A stretch of DNA of 26,989 nt from a virus. Lineage: Duplodnaviria > Caudoviricetes. Below, one piece after another: positions 15,453 to 24,245 of this stretch. The DNA lies in IMG/VR virus record IMGVR_UViG_3300012948_000218, positions 1 to 26,989 of that record; one strand, 5' to 3'. Position 1 is the stretch's first letter. Every line of letters begins with the position of its first letter. Below the pieces are notes generated by a model. It worked only from the letters and a program-made list of their open reading frames with translations. It had not been told where the DNA came from and did not search any database. The translations under genes were made by a program, and so were the position numbers.

Positions 15453-16141
15453 TGCCGACGTTGATGGATCGACTGCGGTCAGCCGTCGGCATGTCGGACG
15501 ATTTGCCTGCGGTGGCCGCGCCGCCGGTCGATCTGCCGCAGCAGGCGCGAGCGGGGGATATCGTCGGCGGTGCGAGCGATCCCGGTGTGCGAATCACCGA
15601 TCCCCGCGAACGCTCGACGCTCACCGGTACGTATCCGAGTCCCGTCGTGACTGATGTCATTGGCGCTGCTCGCGCGCATGGTGTCGATCCACGAACTGCT
15701 CTCGCCATGGGTCTGCAGGAAACAGGACTCGGTACCGCTGGCGGCGGTGATGCGTTCGCGATGAATCCATTGCATCGCAACGTGGCTGGTGCTGCCACAG
15801 TGGCTGGTCGCGATCTCGTGACACCGCTCATGGCAGGCGACACTGAAGGTCGTCACAGTGATGCGCTGATGTTCAACGCCCGCATGAATGCGCTCGATGA
15901 TGCGATGAACGAATTCAATCGCGTCCGCGCGTTGCACGCGAACTCGCCGGAGGTGCACCAGATTCAGGCGTACAACGGACTCGGTCGGCCTCGTCTCGCG
16001 GCGGTCGGGCCGATGTACGGTACCTCGCGGTCACGCGATCTCCCGACGGATTTCTACGGACAGCGCGTGCAGGATATTCGCGAGAACGTCGTCGCGCCTA
16101 GTTCCTCGCTGCAGACACTGATTCGACGCACCATGCCATAG
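15452..16141 (+). CDS. Lytic transglycosylase / lysozyme-like (SLT) protein
   Basis: AARAHGVDPRTALAMGLQETG (catalytic Glu), AYNG and YGQRV motifs. Confidence 0.8.
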   Translation: MPTLMDRLRSAVGMSDDLPAVAAPPVDLPQQARAGDIVGGASDPGVRITDPRERSTLTGTYPSPVVTDVIGAARAHGVDPRTALAMGLQETGLGTAGGGDAFAMNPLHRNVAGAATVAGRDLVTPLMAGDTEGRHSDALMFNARMNALDDAMNEFNRVRALHANSPEVHQIQAYNGLGRPRLAAVGPMYGTSRSRDLPTDFYGQRVQDIRENVVAPSSSLQTLIRRTMP

Positions 16142-16148
16142 GTGTGTG

Positions 16149-16340
16149 ATGCCGCAGTTTTTCGAGAAGAAGTTGAAAGAGCAGTACGGAGCCGATTCAC
16201 CGATTCCGTACAAAATCATGAACGCGCAGGGTCTGATGCAGGGTTCGAAAGAAACGAAAAAAGGCGCGGCCCTGCAGGCCAAGCACGAACGGCACAGCGG
16301 CGGCTCGATCGGCGCGCTGCGCCGGAAGACAGGTGGCTAA
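16149..16340 (+). CDS. Small basic hypothetical phage protein
   Basis: MPQFFEKKLKEQYG...GSKETKKG. AGGTG SD. Confidence 0.75.
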   Translation: MPQFFEKKLKEQYGADSPIPYKIMNAQGLMQGSKETKKGAALQAKHERHSGGSIGALRRKTGG

Positions 16341-16561
16341 TGGCTGAACTCGAAATGGGATTGCCACGCCACAAGGGCGGGCATCACGGCAAGAAGAAGC
16401 ACGGTCCGATCGAAACGCTGCTCGCGAAGACTCTTGGCGAGGATGCAGTGGACGACACGGTACCCCGCGAACCGACATTGGCAGGCATGGACGGTTCGAA
16501 GATGCCATCGCAGCAACGCGCCGCGATGTTCGCGCGACAGCGAAATGCAGCAAAAATCTGA
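16340..16561 (+). CDS. Small hypothetical protein
   Basis: TAATG-coupled start MAELEMGLP... Confidence 0.65.
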   Translation: MAELEMGLPRHKGGHHGKKKHGPIETLLAKTLGEDAVDDTVPREPTLAGMDGSKMPSQQRAAMFARQRNAAKI

Positions 16562-16587
16562 CAGGTTCCACGCATTTTATGACATCT

Positions 16588-16719
16588 TTACGCACCTCCT
16601 CGGTAGACTCGCCCGCGTAACACCCGCGTAAGAATCGCGGCGGCCGATACCGCAGCGACGCCATCACGTAAGGCCCCTTCCGACGCGTAAGACTGATTGA
16701 CTCGACGAGCGGCACGTAA
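16588..16719. repeat. Cluster of C(G/A)CGTAA motifs upstream of the scaffold gene
   Basis: CGTAA at 16616, 16627, 16667, 16686 and 16715. Inverted TTACG at 16588. Confidence 0.75.
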
Positions 16720-16741
16720 CAACCCAAAGCTCGGAGGCGTC

Positions 16742-17644
16742 ATGTTTCACCACAACGTGTTCCACCAACCGTTCGCGCTAGCTTTGTACTTCCATCCCGA
16801 TGCCGGAACTGGGACCGGCACCGCCACCGGCAGCGCGGCTGCCGGGACGGGCACCGGTAGTGACGGTGCTGCTGCTGCTGGGACAGGCACCGAGACTACC
16901 GGTGTTCCTGCGGCGGGTGCCGACAAAACCTTCAGCTACAAGGAGGATCGCTCTCAGTGGATCGATCCTGAACGCTACAAGAAAACCGAACACCTCGTGA
17001 ATCGCACGGCGTCTGAACTGGAACGCGCGCGTGCGGTCATCGTCGAACGCGAACGCCAGATCGCGGCGCTCACCGGCTCGCGGCCACCGAGTGCCGACGA
17101 AACCGAAGCGCAGAAAATTGCGGAGGCGTTCTACGCGCTGCCGCAGTTCCGCCATCTGCAGTACGTGACACCGGAGTTGTTGAACCGCCTCTCGGCGCTG
17201 CTCGATGAAGGGGCCAGCATCGCCGAAGCCCGCGATCACGTCTGGAACGCCCACACCGATCGTTTCCTCAATCGCCTCGACGAGCACTTCGCATCCGAGA
17301 TCGGCATCGACACGCTGACGCCAGGGCAGCAGAAAAAACTGCACGCCGCGTTCGGCGCGCTGATTCCCGACGAGCGATCCGATCCGCAGGGCTATGCGAC
17401 GTTCAAGCGTCGCTACGAAAGTGGCGACGAGAAATTGATCGAAGACTTCGTCAAGGAATACGTCACTGACATGTTGGAACCTGCGCGACGGCAGGCGACA
17501 GTGATGACCACGCGGCGTCCAGTGCCCCGCAGTGGTCCGCCGGCGCCCGTCGTGACGCAACGGCAAAAACCAGATTATTCGAAGATGAGCGTGCAGGAGA
17601 TGCTCGAGGCGGCTGAGAAAGAAGCGGAAGCTCTCGGACGCTGA
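16742..17644 (+). CDS. Putative capsid scaffolding protein
   Basis: GGAGG SD. Gly/Thr/Ala-rich N-terminus, coiled coil, Pro-rich linker and short C-terminal helix. Directly upstream of the major capsid gene. Confidence 0.8.
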   Translation: MFHHNVFHQPFALALYFHPDAGTGTGTATGSAAAGTGTGSDGAAAAGTGTETTGVPAAGADKTFSYKEDRSQWIDPERYKKTEHLVNRTASELERARAVIVERERQIAALTGSRPPSADETEAQKIAEAFYALPQFRHLQYVTPELLNRLSALLDEGASIAEARDHVWNAHTDRFLNRLDEHFASEIGIDTLTPGQQKKLHAAFGALIPDERSDPQGYATFKRRYESGDEKLIEDFVKEYVTDMLEPARRQATVMTTRRPVPRSGPPAPVVTQRQKPDYSKMSVQEMLEAAEKEAEALGR

Positions 17645-17677
17645 TCGTCGCTGCATGGCCGTCGGGCAGGGTGAACT

Positions 17678-19003
17678 ATGGCTGGACCGGGATCCGATGC
17701 AGCAACCGAAGATGGGTTGCTCAAGAACACCTACGAGGACGTGATCGCAGAAGGAGTGCTCCGAAAATTCCAACTGCGTGATTGGTTCAAACTTAAGGAC
17801 TCTCCGTGGGAAGGCGGTCGCGGCAAAGAGTGGAGCGCGCACGTTGAGCGTAACAACTCGCCGATGGCCGTCGGATCCGATTCCGCCATTCCGGTGGCTG
17901 ACAACCAAAAATATGTCACCGGGTTTATCACTCAGCGCAAAATCATGGCGCGGTGGCGTGTCACTCAGGAACAATTGGATGATACGCAGTCACGCGAAGG
18001 CGCGTATCGATCCAGCCGCACAGAGAACATGGAGCGGTTGATCGATGACATCGCATACAGAGAAGAATTCTACCTTGGCTCCGATGGCCGCGGCGTGTTC
18101 GCAATTGTCGATGCGACATCGAGCGGCGCGACGCTCGAGCTGAATTCTCCCGGCAACGTCTCCTCGACTGGCGTCGCGATTACGAGCGCGTTCGGGAATA
18201 GATTTATCAAAAGGGGCATGGCGCTCGCGGCGATCAATCCCGCGAACGGTGTCATTCGCACGAACACGCCGAAAGTGACGGCCGTCAACAGTGATGGGAC
18301 CGACGTCACGTTGGCGTCATCGCCATCGTGGACGACTGGCGATTACGTCGTGCAGGCGGCGAACAACGCAGTCACCGACACGCTCGACACGGCATACGAG
18401 AAAGCGCCGTGGGGTCTGACTGCGATCATTGACGACGGAACCTACAGACAAAATTATTTCGGCATCGATCGCTACCTGTACCCGAATTACGCCAGCTACG
18501 TCTCGGCGGCCACGGGCGCGCTGTCGTTCGATTTGCTGCAGCGCATCAGCGATATCGTGAACCAGCGGCTCGATGGTGAGGTCAATGCCATCGCCAGCCA
18601 CCACTCAGTGCGCCGGGTCTACATCCTTCTGACGCAGGCGGATCGTCGCTACGCCGACCAGGCCAGTCGCATGCGACCGGACGGTGGCACGGCCGCGTTC
18701 CAGCAGGAAGACCTGACGATGGGCGCGGTCAGCTACAAGGCGGTCCGCACGCTGCCGCTCCGCTCCATGTTCCTCCTCGATGTCCAAGGTTCCGATCTGG
18801 TCCGCTACACATCAGAGAAGGGCAAGTGGGTGAGTGGCACGAGTGGAGAGATTCTCGTACGCGACGGAACGGGCACAAACGCGAGACACGCGTGGGAAAG
18901 TTGGTATTACAAAAGATACAACCTCTTCGCCCGCAACCCCGGCAAGTGCGCCAGATTGGATGGTCTGACTGGCATGACGTTCGTCGTTGTGCGCGGTGAA
19001 TAA
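17678..19003 (+). CDS. Major capsid protein (HK97-type fold inferred)
   Basis: 441 aa after the scaffold. LLKNTY, VTQEQL...S-EGA, LGSDGRG, PWGLTAIID...YFGIDR and RNPGKCARLDG patterns. Confidence 0.88.
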   Translation: MAGPGSDAATEDGLLKNTYEDVIAEGVLRKFQLRDWFKLKDSPWEGGRGKEWSAHVERNNSPMAVGSDSAIPVADNQKYVTGFITQRKIMARWRVTQEQLDDTQSREGAYRSSRTENMERLIDDIAYREEFYLGSDGRGVFAIVDATSSGATLELNSPGNVSSTGVAITSAFGNRFIKRGMALAAINPANGVIRTNTPKVTAVNSDGTDVTLASSPSWTTGDYVVQAANNAVTDTLDTAYEKAPWGLTAIIDDGTYRQNYFGIDRYLYPNYASYVSAATGALSFDLLQRISDIVNQRLDGEVNAIASHHSVRRVYILLTQADRRYADQASRMRPDGGTAAFQQEDLTMGAVSYKAVRTLPLRSMFLLDVQGSDLVRYTSEKGKWVSGTSGEILVRDGTGTNARHAWESWYYKRYNLFARNPGKCARLDGLTGMTFVVVRGE

Positions 19004-19015
19004 CGGAGGCAACTA

Positions 19016-19429
19016 ATGCAGTTCGGAGATACGGTTACACTCGTCAATCGCACGTCGAAGTCGGTGCTTGGCGTGCAGTGGGACGGCGTGCACTACCACT
19101 TCCCACCTGGCGAGCACCCGAATATCCCGATCCAAATCGCCATCGCTGCCCTGAAGCAGCATCCGCTGATGGGCAGCGAGGATCCACTCGGCGATCCCGG
19201 CATCTTCCGCAGTCTGTTCGGCATTCGTGGCGCGAGCGATCCGTTCGGCGACATTACACCGCTCGAGCAGACCGATGCCGACGAACGGATCGATCGCAGC
19301 AAGGTCATGGGCGTCGGTGGCGACAAGAAACAAGTGCGGAAGATCAACGCCGGAGGACCGACGCACTTCGACGCACGCATGGGCACCGAAACCGTCAATC
19401 TGCAGGATGACGCGGTGACTCGACGATGA
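19016..19429 (+). CDS. Hypothetical protein, probably head-associated
   Basis: GGAGG SD, directly after the capsid gene. Confidence 0.8.
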   Translation: MQFGDTVTLVNRTSKSVLGVQWDGVHYHFPPGEHPNIPIQIAIAALKQHPLMGSEDPLGDPGIFRSLFGIRGASDPFGDITPLEQTDADERIDRSKVMGVGGDKKQVRKINAGGPTHFDARMGTETVNLQDDAVTRR

Positions 19430-20001
19430 CGATCGGCGAGATCTACATTCCGGATCTGAATCCCTTTCAGCTCGTGCCGCCGCCGCTGTGGTGGCAGCAG
19501 GGACTCTACGCATGGGATATGGATCTGCGGATTTTGCCAGGACGGAAGAAACCGGTCTGGTGGCTGGCACGCGTCCAACGCTTGAGTCGCGGCCTCACGG
19601 GCGCGGCGATCGTCGATGACCAGAACGATACCGCCATGTTCGTGCATCACGGACTGATCCCGGTGACGTGGATCGCGAGCACGGACGGGTGGAGCGAAGG
19701 GTTCCTCCAGTACATCGTCGGCGAGCTCATGGCGCGCGACACATGGGCGGTGGACGGTCCGATGACGGAGGAGCGTTTGAAAGCCGCGATGTTCGAAGGT
19801 GGCTCAAGGTACGGCCAGCAACTCGACGAACGCGACGACGACGAGCGCGCGAAAATCAATCGCGACGTTCGTGATGACGTGTATCACGCGACGGGGGATG
19901 CATGGCGAAGTCTGCAGGCAAGGACCGGAGAACGCGTCCTCAACGCCGGACCAGCCACACCACGGGAACCCGACGCAGAGTCAAAGACGGAGCCAGCATG
20001 A
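19426..20001 (+). CDS. Hypothetical protein
   Basis: ATGA coupling at both ends. Confidence 0.8.
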   Translation: MTIGEIYIPDLNPFQLVPPPLWWQQGLYAWDMDLRILPGRKKPVWWLARVQRLSRGLTGAAIVDDQNDTAMFVHHGLIPVTWIASTDGWSEGFLQYIVGELMARDTWAVDGPMTEERLKAAMFEGGSRYGQQLDERDDDERAKINRDVRDDVYHATGDAWRSLQARTGERVLNAGPATPREPDAESKTEPA

Positions 20002-20360
20002 CCACGAACACGGAAACGACAGACAACACGACGGAGACGACTGCCGTCGTGGAGGCACCGTCGGTTGAGGAAACAGCCGCACCGGACCCATTGATGGTGA
20101 GTCTGTCGGACGGACAGGCCCAGCAGCCGATCACGCTCACGACACGAGCTGGTGGCTTCGGCGATGAATTCGGCGAAGTATGGTTCGACGCCGTCCCTGG
20201 TCCGATCGTCACGTGGACGGATAAAGCAATCGAGACATTCGTGCCTTACGGCGCCGTAATCGGTGCAAGCGCCATCGGCGTCGTGACGAAAGATGGCCGG
20301 CGTTACCGGGCGGATTTCACCGTCACCGAAGGCGAATATCAGAAACCGGTCGAGCCATAG
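19998..20360 (+). CDS. IPT/TIG-like Ig-fold protein with Thr/Glu-rich N-terminus
   Basis: GFGDEFGEVWFD...IVTWTDKAIETFVPYGA. Confidence 0.75.
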   Translation: MTTNTETTDNTTETTAVVEAPSVEETAAPDPLMVSLSDGQAQQPITLTTRAGGFGDEFGEVWFDAVPGPIVTWTDKAIETFVPYGAVIGASAIGVVTKDGRRYRADFTVTEGEYQKPVEP

Positions 20361-20362
20361 TC

Positions 20363-20641
20363 ATGCCGGAGATCAATCTCATGGCGGTCGATATCTCCAG
20401 CGGCCAAGAGCAGCAGCCGGTGACGTGCACGACATCGTTGAATCGCTACGGTAGCGACATCGGCGAAGTGCGTTTCAACGGCGTTCGCGGGCGCGTGGTG
20501 TCGTGGAGCCCGAACACCATCGTCGCGACGGTCCCATACGGCGCGACGACCGGTGAACTATTCATCACGACGGCACGTTCGGCCACGCGCTACACCTACT
20601 CGACGTTTACCGTGCTCGGTGGCACGTGGACTCCACCGTAG
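20363..20641 (+). CDS. IPT/TIG-like Ig-fold protein, paralog of the preceding gene
   Basis: YGSDIGEVRFNG...VVSWSPNTIVATVPYGATTG. Confidence 0.8.
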   Translation: MPEINLMAVDISSGQEQQPVTCTTSLNRYGSDIGEVRFNGVRGRVVSWSPNTIVATVPYGATTGELFITTARSATRYTYSTFTVLGGTWTPP

Positions 20642-20705
20642 ATGCGCGCAGGGATCGCGCATTCGCAAAGCGATCCGACATTCACCACTCTGAGGGAGGC
20701 AACCG

Positions 20706-21242
20706 ATGGCGAACCAGGCAGCAGCAGCAACACCCGAAGCCGAAAATGCGTTGTGGCAACGCGTCGATATGGCGCTTGCTGCGGCGACACCGGGCGCGCA
20801 GATGGCGTTCTACGCCCTGAAACGCTGGATGGCCCAGCAGCTCCAAGCTCCGCTCGCGCGATTCACACCGCTCGTGAATTCGACAAGCGGCTTGATCACT
20901 GCCAGTACCGGTGGCCTCTACGGATTGATCGTGACGCGTGTCTACGGCATCTACATCAAGAAAACCACGACGGCCGGATCCTCGACGGCGTCGTATCTCA
21001 AGATGTTCGACGACGGGACCGACGCTGCGATCTCCGGCCTCACCGCTGCGAGTCGTCTGGTGATTCCGCTCGGCGCGGTCAGCAGTGGCGCACCAGGCAC
21101 CATCCTCGAGGGAATTTACATCTCGCCCAACGGCTTCCCACTGGCGAACGGTATCCGGCTCTCGCTGGTCACGGCCGCCGACACGTTCACGATTTCGGGT
21201 GTCGGTGACGGTGGCGACGGGTTCATCATCACCGCGCCGTAG
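20706..21242 (+). CDS. Putative virion structural or decoration protein
   Basis: GGGAGG SD. Beta-rich, Ala/Gly/Ser/Thr-rich. Confidence 0.8.
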   Translation: MANQAAAATPEAENALWQRVDMALAAATPGAQMAFYALKRWMAQQLQAPLARFTPLVNSTSGLITASTGGLYGLIVTRVYGIYIKKTTTAGSSTASYLKMFDDGTDAAISGLTAASRLVIPLGAVSSGAPGTILEGIYISPNGFPLANGIRLSLVTAADTFTISGVGDGGDGFIITAP

Positions 21243-21252
21243 GAGCAACCCA

Positions 21253-21738
21253 ATGCCTGAACATTACATTCAACGCAGTTCGACATCGGGTGGCCCGCCT
21301 GCGAATTTCATCAACATGGCGAACGCGAGTGCGTGCTACATCGATGGCGCGACGGATCAACTCGTCGTCGGCATCGGGACGTCTGGCACCACGAGCACGA
21401 TCGTCGCCGGCTACGTCAGTACTTCGGAAACGGGCAGCACCGGCACGAACCTGCTCGCCTACGGCATGAGTACGCTGTTGCCGTCCACGAGCGCCGGCAC
21501 GAAGTCCTACAACCTGAGTGCACCGGTTCTGAACTACGTCAAGACGCTGGCAGTCCTGACGCCGTCCACCTCGGCATCCACCATCACCGTGGCCGCCGGA
21601 AGCGGTGTGACGTTCGACGGCACCAACGCGACGCTCAACTTCGCATCCGTGGCGCGTGACTGGGTCACGCTGCAAGCCATCAGCACGAGTCGCTGGGTCA
21701 TCACGTCCAGTTCGACAGGCGTCACGTTGAGCGCGTGA
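21253..21738 (+). CDS. Ser/Thr-rich putative virion protein
   Basis: AGGAG SD before ATG 21253. C-terminal VTLQAISTSRWVI fibre-like pattern. Confidence 0.8.
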   Translation: MPEHYIQRSSTSGGPPANFINMANASACYIDGATDQLVVGIGTSGTTSTIVAGYVSTSETGSTGTNLLAYGMSTLLPSTSAGTKSYNLSAPVLNYVKTLAVLTPSTSASTITVAAGSGVTFDGTNATLNFASVARDWVTLQAISTSRWVITSSSTGVTLSA

Positions 21739-22418
21739 AGACCGTCGCGATTCTCGGCTTCGCTCCGTCCTACGTCGATGCGCCGTTCGACGACGCGCGC
21801 ATCGACGTGTGGACGATGAACTATCACCACGAGGCCGTGAAGCGAAGCTCGCGCGTGTTCGAACTCCACGAGTGGACAATCGTGCAAGGAGAGGATGGCG
21901 GCACTCATCTCCGGACGCTCGCGGCACTCACAGTGCCGGTCTACATGCAGACAGAGCATCCGGAAGTGCCCATGAGTGTCGCCTATCCGCTCGACCAGAT
22001 GTGCAACGAATTCAAGTTGCCACACACGGAGAAAGCGTATTTCACGAACACGGCGTCCTACATGATCGCGATGGCGATCACGGAGCACTACGACGAGATT
22101 CAGCTCTACGGGATCGACATGTCGCAGGATACCGAATACGCGACGCAGCGTCCCTCGTGCGAGTACTTTCTCGGTATCGCCGTCGGCCGCGGCATTCGGG
22201 TGATTCCGCATCGCAGTTCCGACGTCCTCAAGACGGCGTTCCTCTACGGCTACGAAGACGAGGAGTGCCGGTGGCTGCGAGACAAACTCACCGCGCGCCG
22301 CGCGCATCTCGAGCGCATGCAGGCGCATCACGAGCAGGAGATGTTGAAGCATCGTGACGCGCTGCACCAGTTCGCCGGCGCGCTGCAGGACAACGCCCAC
22401 ATGCTGAAGGTGCTGTGA
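21735..22418 (+). CDS. GT29/GT42/Maf(DUF115)-like Rossmann-fold protein, putative glycosyltransferase
   Basis: VAILGFAPS...VWTMN...FELH...TASYMIAMAI...YDEIQLYGIDM, with a C-terminal coiled coil. Confidence 0.6.
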   Translation: MKTVAILGFAPSYVDAPFDDARIDVWTMNYHHEAVKRSSRVFELHEWTIVQGEDGGTHLRTLAALTVPVYMQTEHPEVPMSVAYPLDQMCNEFKLPHTEKAYFTNTASYMIAMAITEHYDEIQLYGIDMSQDTEYATQRPSCEYFLGIAVGRGIRVIPHRSSDVLKTAFLYGYEDEECRWLRDKLTARRAHLERMQAHHEQEMLKHRDALHQFAGALQDNAHMLKVL

Positions 22419-22801
22419 TGCCAGAACCGTATCAGCGGCAACGTGAATTTTTCCGGAATATCTCGTCGTACTACCGCGTGGCGACGAGCGACACGGGCGT
22501 CATCGCGCTCCAGGCGGCGATTGCCAAGCACACGATCTTCATCCAGAAAATCCACATCGAGGTGACGACGCTCACCGCGTCAGAACTGTGGACATTTCAA
22601 GATGGTGCGGGTACGCCTGTGCCGCTCGTGCCCAGCGTGTCGGCTGCCGCCATCGCGCATTTCGATTTCGATTTCGGGCCGCAAGGTGTGCCGTGCACGG
22701 AGGCGACCGCATTCAATCTGAACGTCTCTGGCGCGACGGGCGCTGCGGGCTGGTGCACATGGGAAGGCTACGCCAAGCTCACACTCGGAGCGGCGGCCTG
22801 A
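22418..22801 (+). CDS. Putative virion beta-sandwich protein
   Basis: TGATG coupling and beta-strand-rich sequence. Confidence 0.75.
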   Translation: MPEPYQRQREFFRNISSYYRVATSDTGVIALQAAIAKHTIFIQKIHIEVTTLTASELWTFQDGAGTPVPLVPSVSAAAIAHFDFDFGPQGVPCTEATAFNLNVSGATGAAGWCTWEGYAKLTLGAAA

Positions 22802-22817
22802 CCGCCGGGAGGATGTC

Positions 22818-23039
22818 ATGGGCCGTCTCAGTGATATCGCGATGAAGATGGATCAGGCGGTCACTCGCTTGGACGAACAGAAGGCCGCCGTCGAGAAAGC
22901 CAAGGCGGCGCTCGACAAGGCAAACACGGCGTATGCCGCCACCGTCGAGGAAATGCGCGGCCTGCACAAAGAGCAGCAGGCCATCATGCAGGACATCCTG
23001 TCGTTCGGAGGCACGCAGCACGTCGCCGTAGGTCGCTGA
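22818..23039 (+). CDS. Small coiled-coil protein
   Basis: GGAGG SD and heptad pattern. Confidence 0.8.
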   Translation: MGRLSDIAMKMDQAVTRLDEQKAAVEKAKAALDKANTAYAATVEEMRGLHKEQQAIMQDILSFGGTQHVAVGR

Positions 23040-23887
23040 TGTCCCACGTCGTCCCGTCGCATCAACTCGACTCTGATGGCAACGACGCCACCGATACGAC
23101 GAATCATGCCGTCCGCGTGAACATCGTGGCTGGCAGTAGCGGCGGCGGCGGCGTTACGCCGGTTGTGGTTAGCGGCACGCTCGGAGCGGCTCCGACCAGT
23201 CTCTTGGTGACGACCAACGGCGATCAGACGACCATTGCGGGCTACAACACGGCCCAAGCCGGTGGCTTCTCAGGCAACCTCTTTTTGCAAGTCTCGCAGG
23301 ACAACACCTTGTGGACCGCCATTCCCACGTTTTGCGACAACTCCAATCAGGTCTGGTGGAGCCCAGCCGGTGCGGTGGCCGATTGGGTCACGTATTTCCA
23401 CGCGAACATTGCCGGGTTCAAGTACATCCGAGTCTATCGTGGATCGGGATCGACCGGGACCACGACATGGACGCTCGTCGCGTCACCAGCCGTGTTTCTC
23501 GGTCATTCGATGGTGACGATTGCCGATCCCGCTGGCAATAAGGCGGCGGTTGATGGCAATGGCCAACTCAGCGTCCGTGTGCCGGGGAGCGTCGCTGTCT
23601 CGCCGCTCATCCACTCCAGCGTCGCGGTCACCAGCGTCAATGATGATGTCACCGCGCAGCAATTGCTCGCGTCGAACAACAACCGCGCCGGTGCCACAAT
23701 CTTCAACGATTCGACGGCGACGCTGTACGTGAAACTCTCAACGACGAACGACGCCTCGACGACATCGTTCACCATCAAGCTCGCGGCCGGCGCGTACTGG
23801 GAAGTGCCCTTCACCTACAGCGGCGTCATCTCAGGCATCTGGGATGCGAACACGGCTGGTGCGGCCAGGATCACGGAGATCACGTAA
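23039..23887 (+). CDS. Putative virion structural protein
   Basis: C-terminal LLASNNNRAGATIFNDSTATLYVKL...LAAGAYWE...YSGVISGIW domain of a kind common in phage virion proteins. Confidence 0.8.
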   Translation: MSHVVPSHQLDSDGNDATDTTNHAVRVNIVAGSSGGGGVTPVVVSGTLGAAPTSLLVTTNGDQTTIAGYNTAQAGGFSGNLFLQVSQDNTLWTAIPTFCDNSNQVWWSPAGAVADWVTYFHANIAGFKYIRVYRGSGSTGTTTWTLVASPAVFLGHSMVTIADPAGNKAAVDGNGQLSVRVPGSVAVSPLIHSSVAVTSVNDDVTAQQLLASNNNRAGATIFNDSTATLYVKLSTTNDASTTSFTIKLAAGAYWEVPFTYSGVISGIWDANTAGAARITEIT

Positions 23888-24240
23888 TGAGCACTGCGAG
23901 CGCACGCGGAACGACGATCACCTATACCGGCGATGTGAGCGCGACGTTGACGCATGAGGCGGCCACGAATCTCGCCAGTCCTGCAGTTGTGGCGTTCCAG
24001 AATCTAGCCAGCGGGCCGAATACGGTTACCGTCGTATCGGGGGGTGCGACGGCTGTAAGCGTAACCATCATCCCGCCCGCTGGCAATGTCAATTCAATCA
24101 CACTTAAAGGCATTTCGGGCGATACGGGCATCAGCCTGCATCTGACGGATCCGACGACAATTGCCCTAGCGTCGTCGGTCACGAGCTTCGTCCTGACGGC
24201 GGGCGCCGCCATCACGGGCGTCCGCCTGATCTGGAGCTAA
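23887..24240 (+). CDS. Putative virion structural protein
   Basis: TAATG coupling. Small, beta-rich and Ser/Thr-rich. Confidence 0.8.
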   Translation: MSTASARGTTITYTGDVSATLTHEAATNLASPAVVAFQNLASGPNTVTVVSGGATAVSVTIIPPAGNVNSITLKGISGDTGISLHLTDPTTIALASSVTSFVLTAGAAITGVRLIWS

Positions 24241-24245
24241 GGCTT

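Noticed and set aside
20642-20680. c-di-GMP-I riboswitch (CGCGCAGGG...CGCAAAGC resemblance)
   Set aside because: Lacks the GCAAAC/GNRA P2 hairpin and the tetraloop-receptor stem, and is too short.
20642-21208. Stop-codon readthrough from 20363-20641 into the in-frame ORF behind the TAG
   Set aside because: The extension is Arg-rich off-frame sequence overlapping the well-supported gene 20706-21242.
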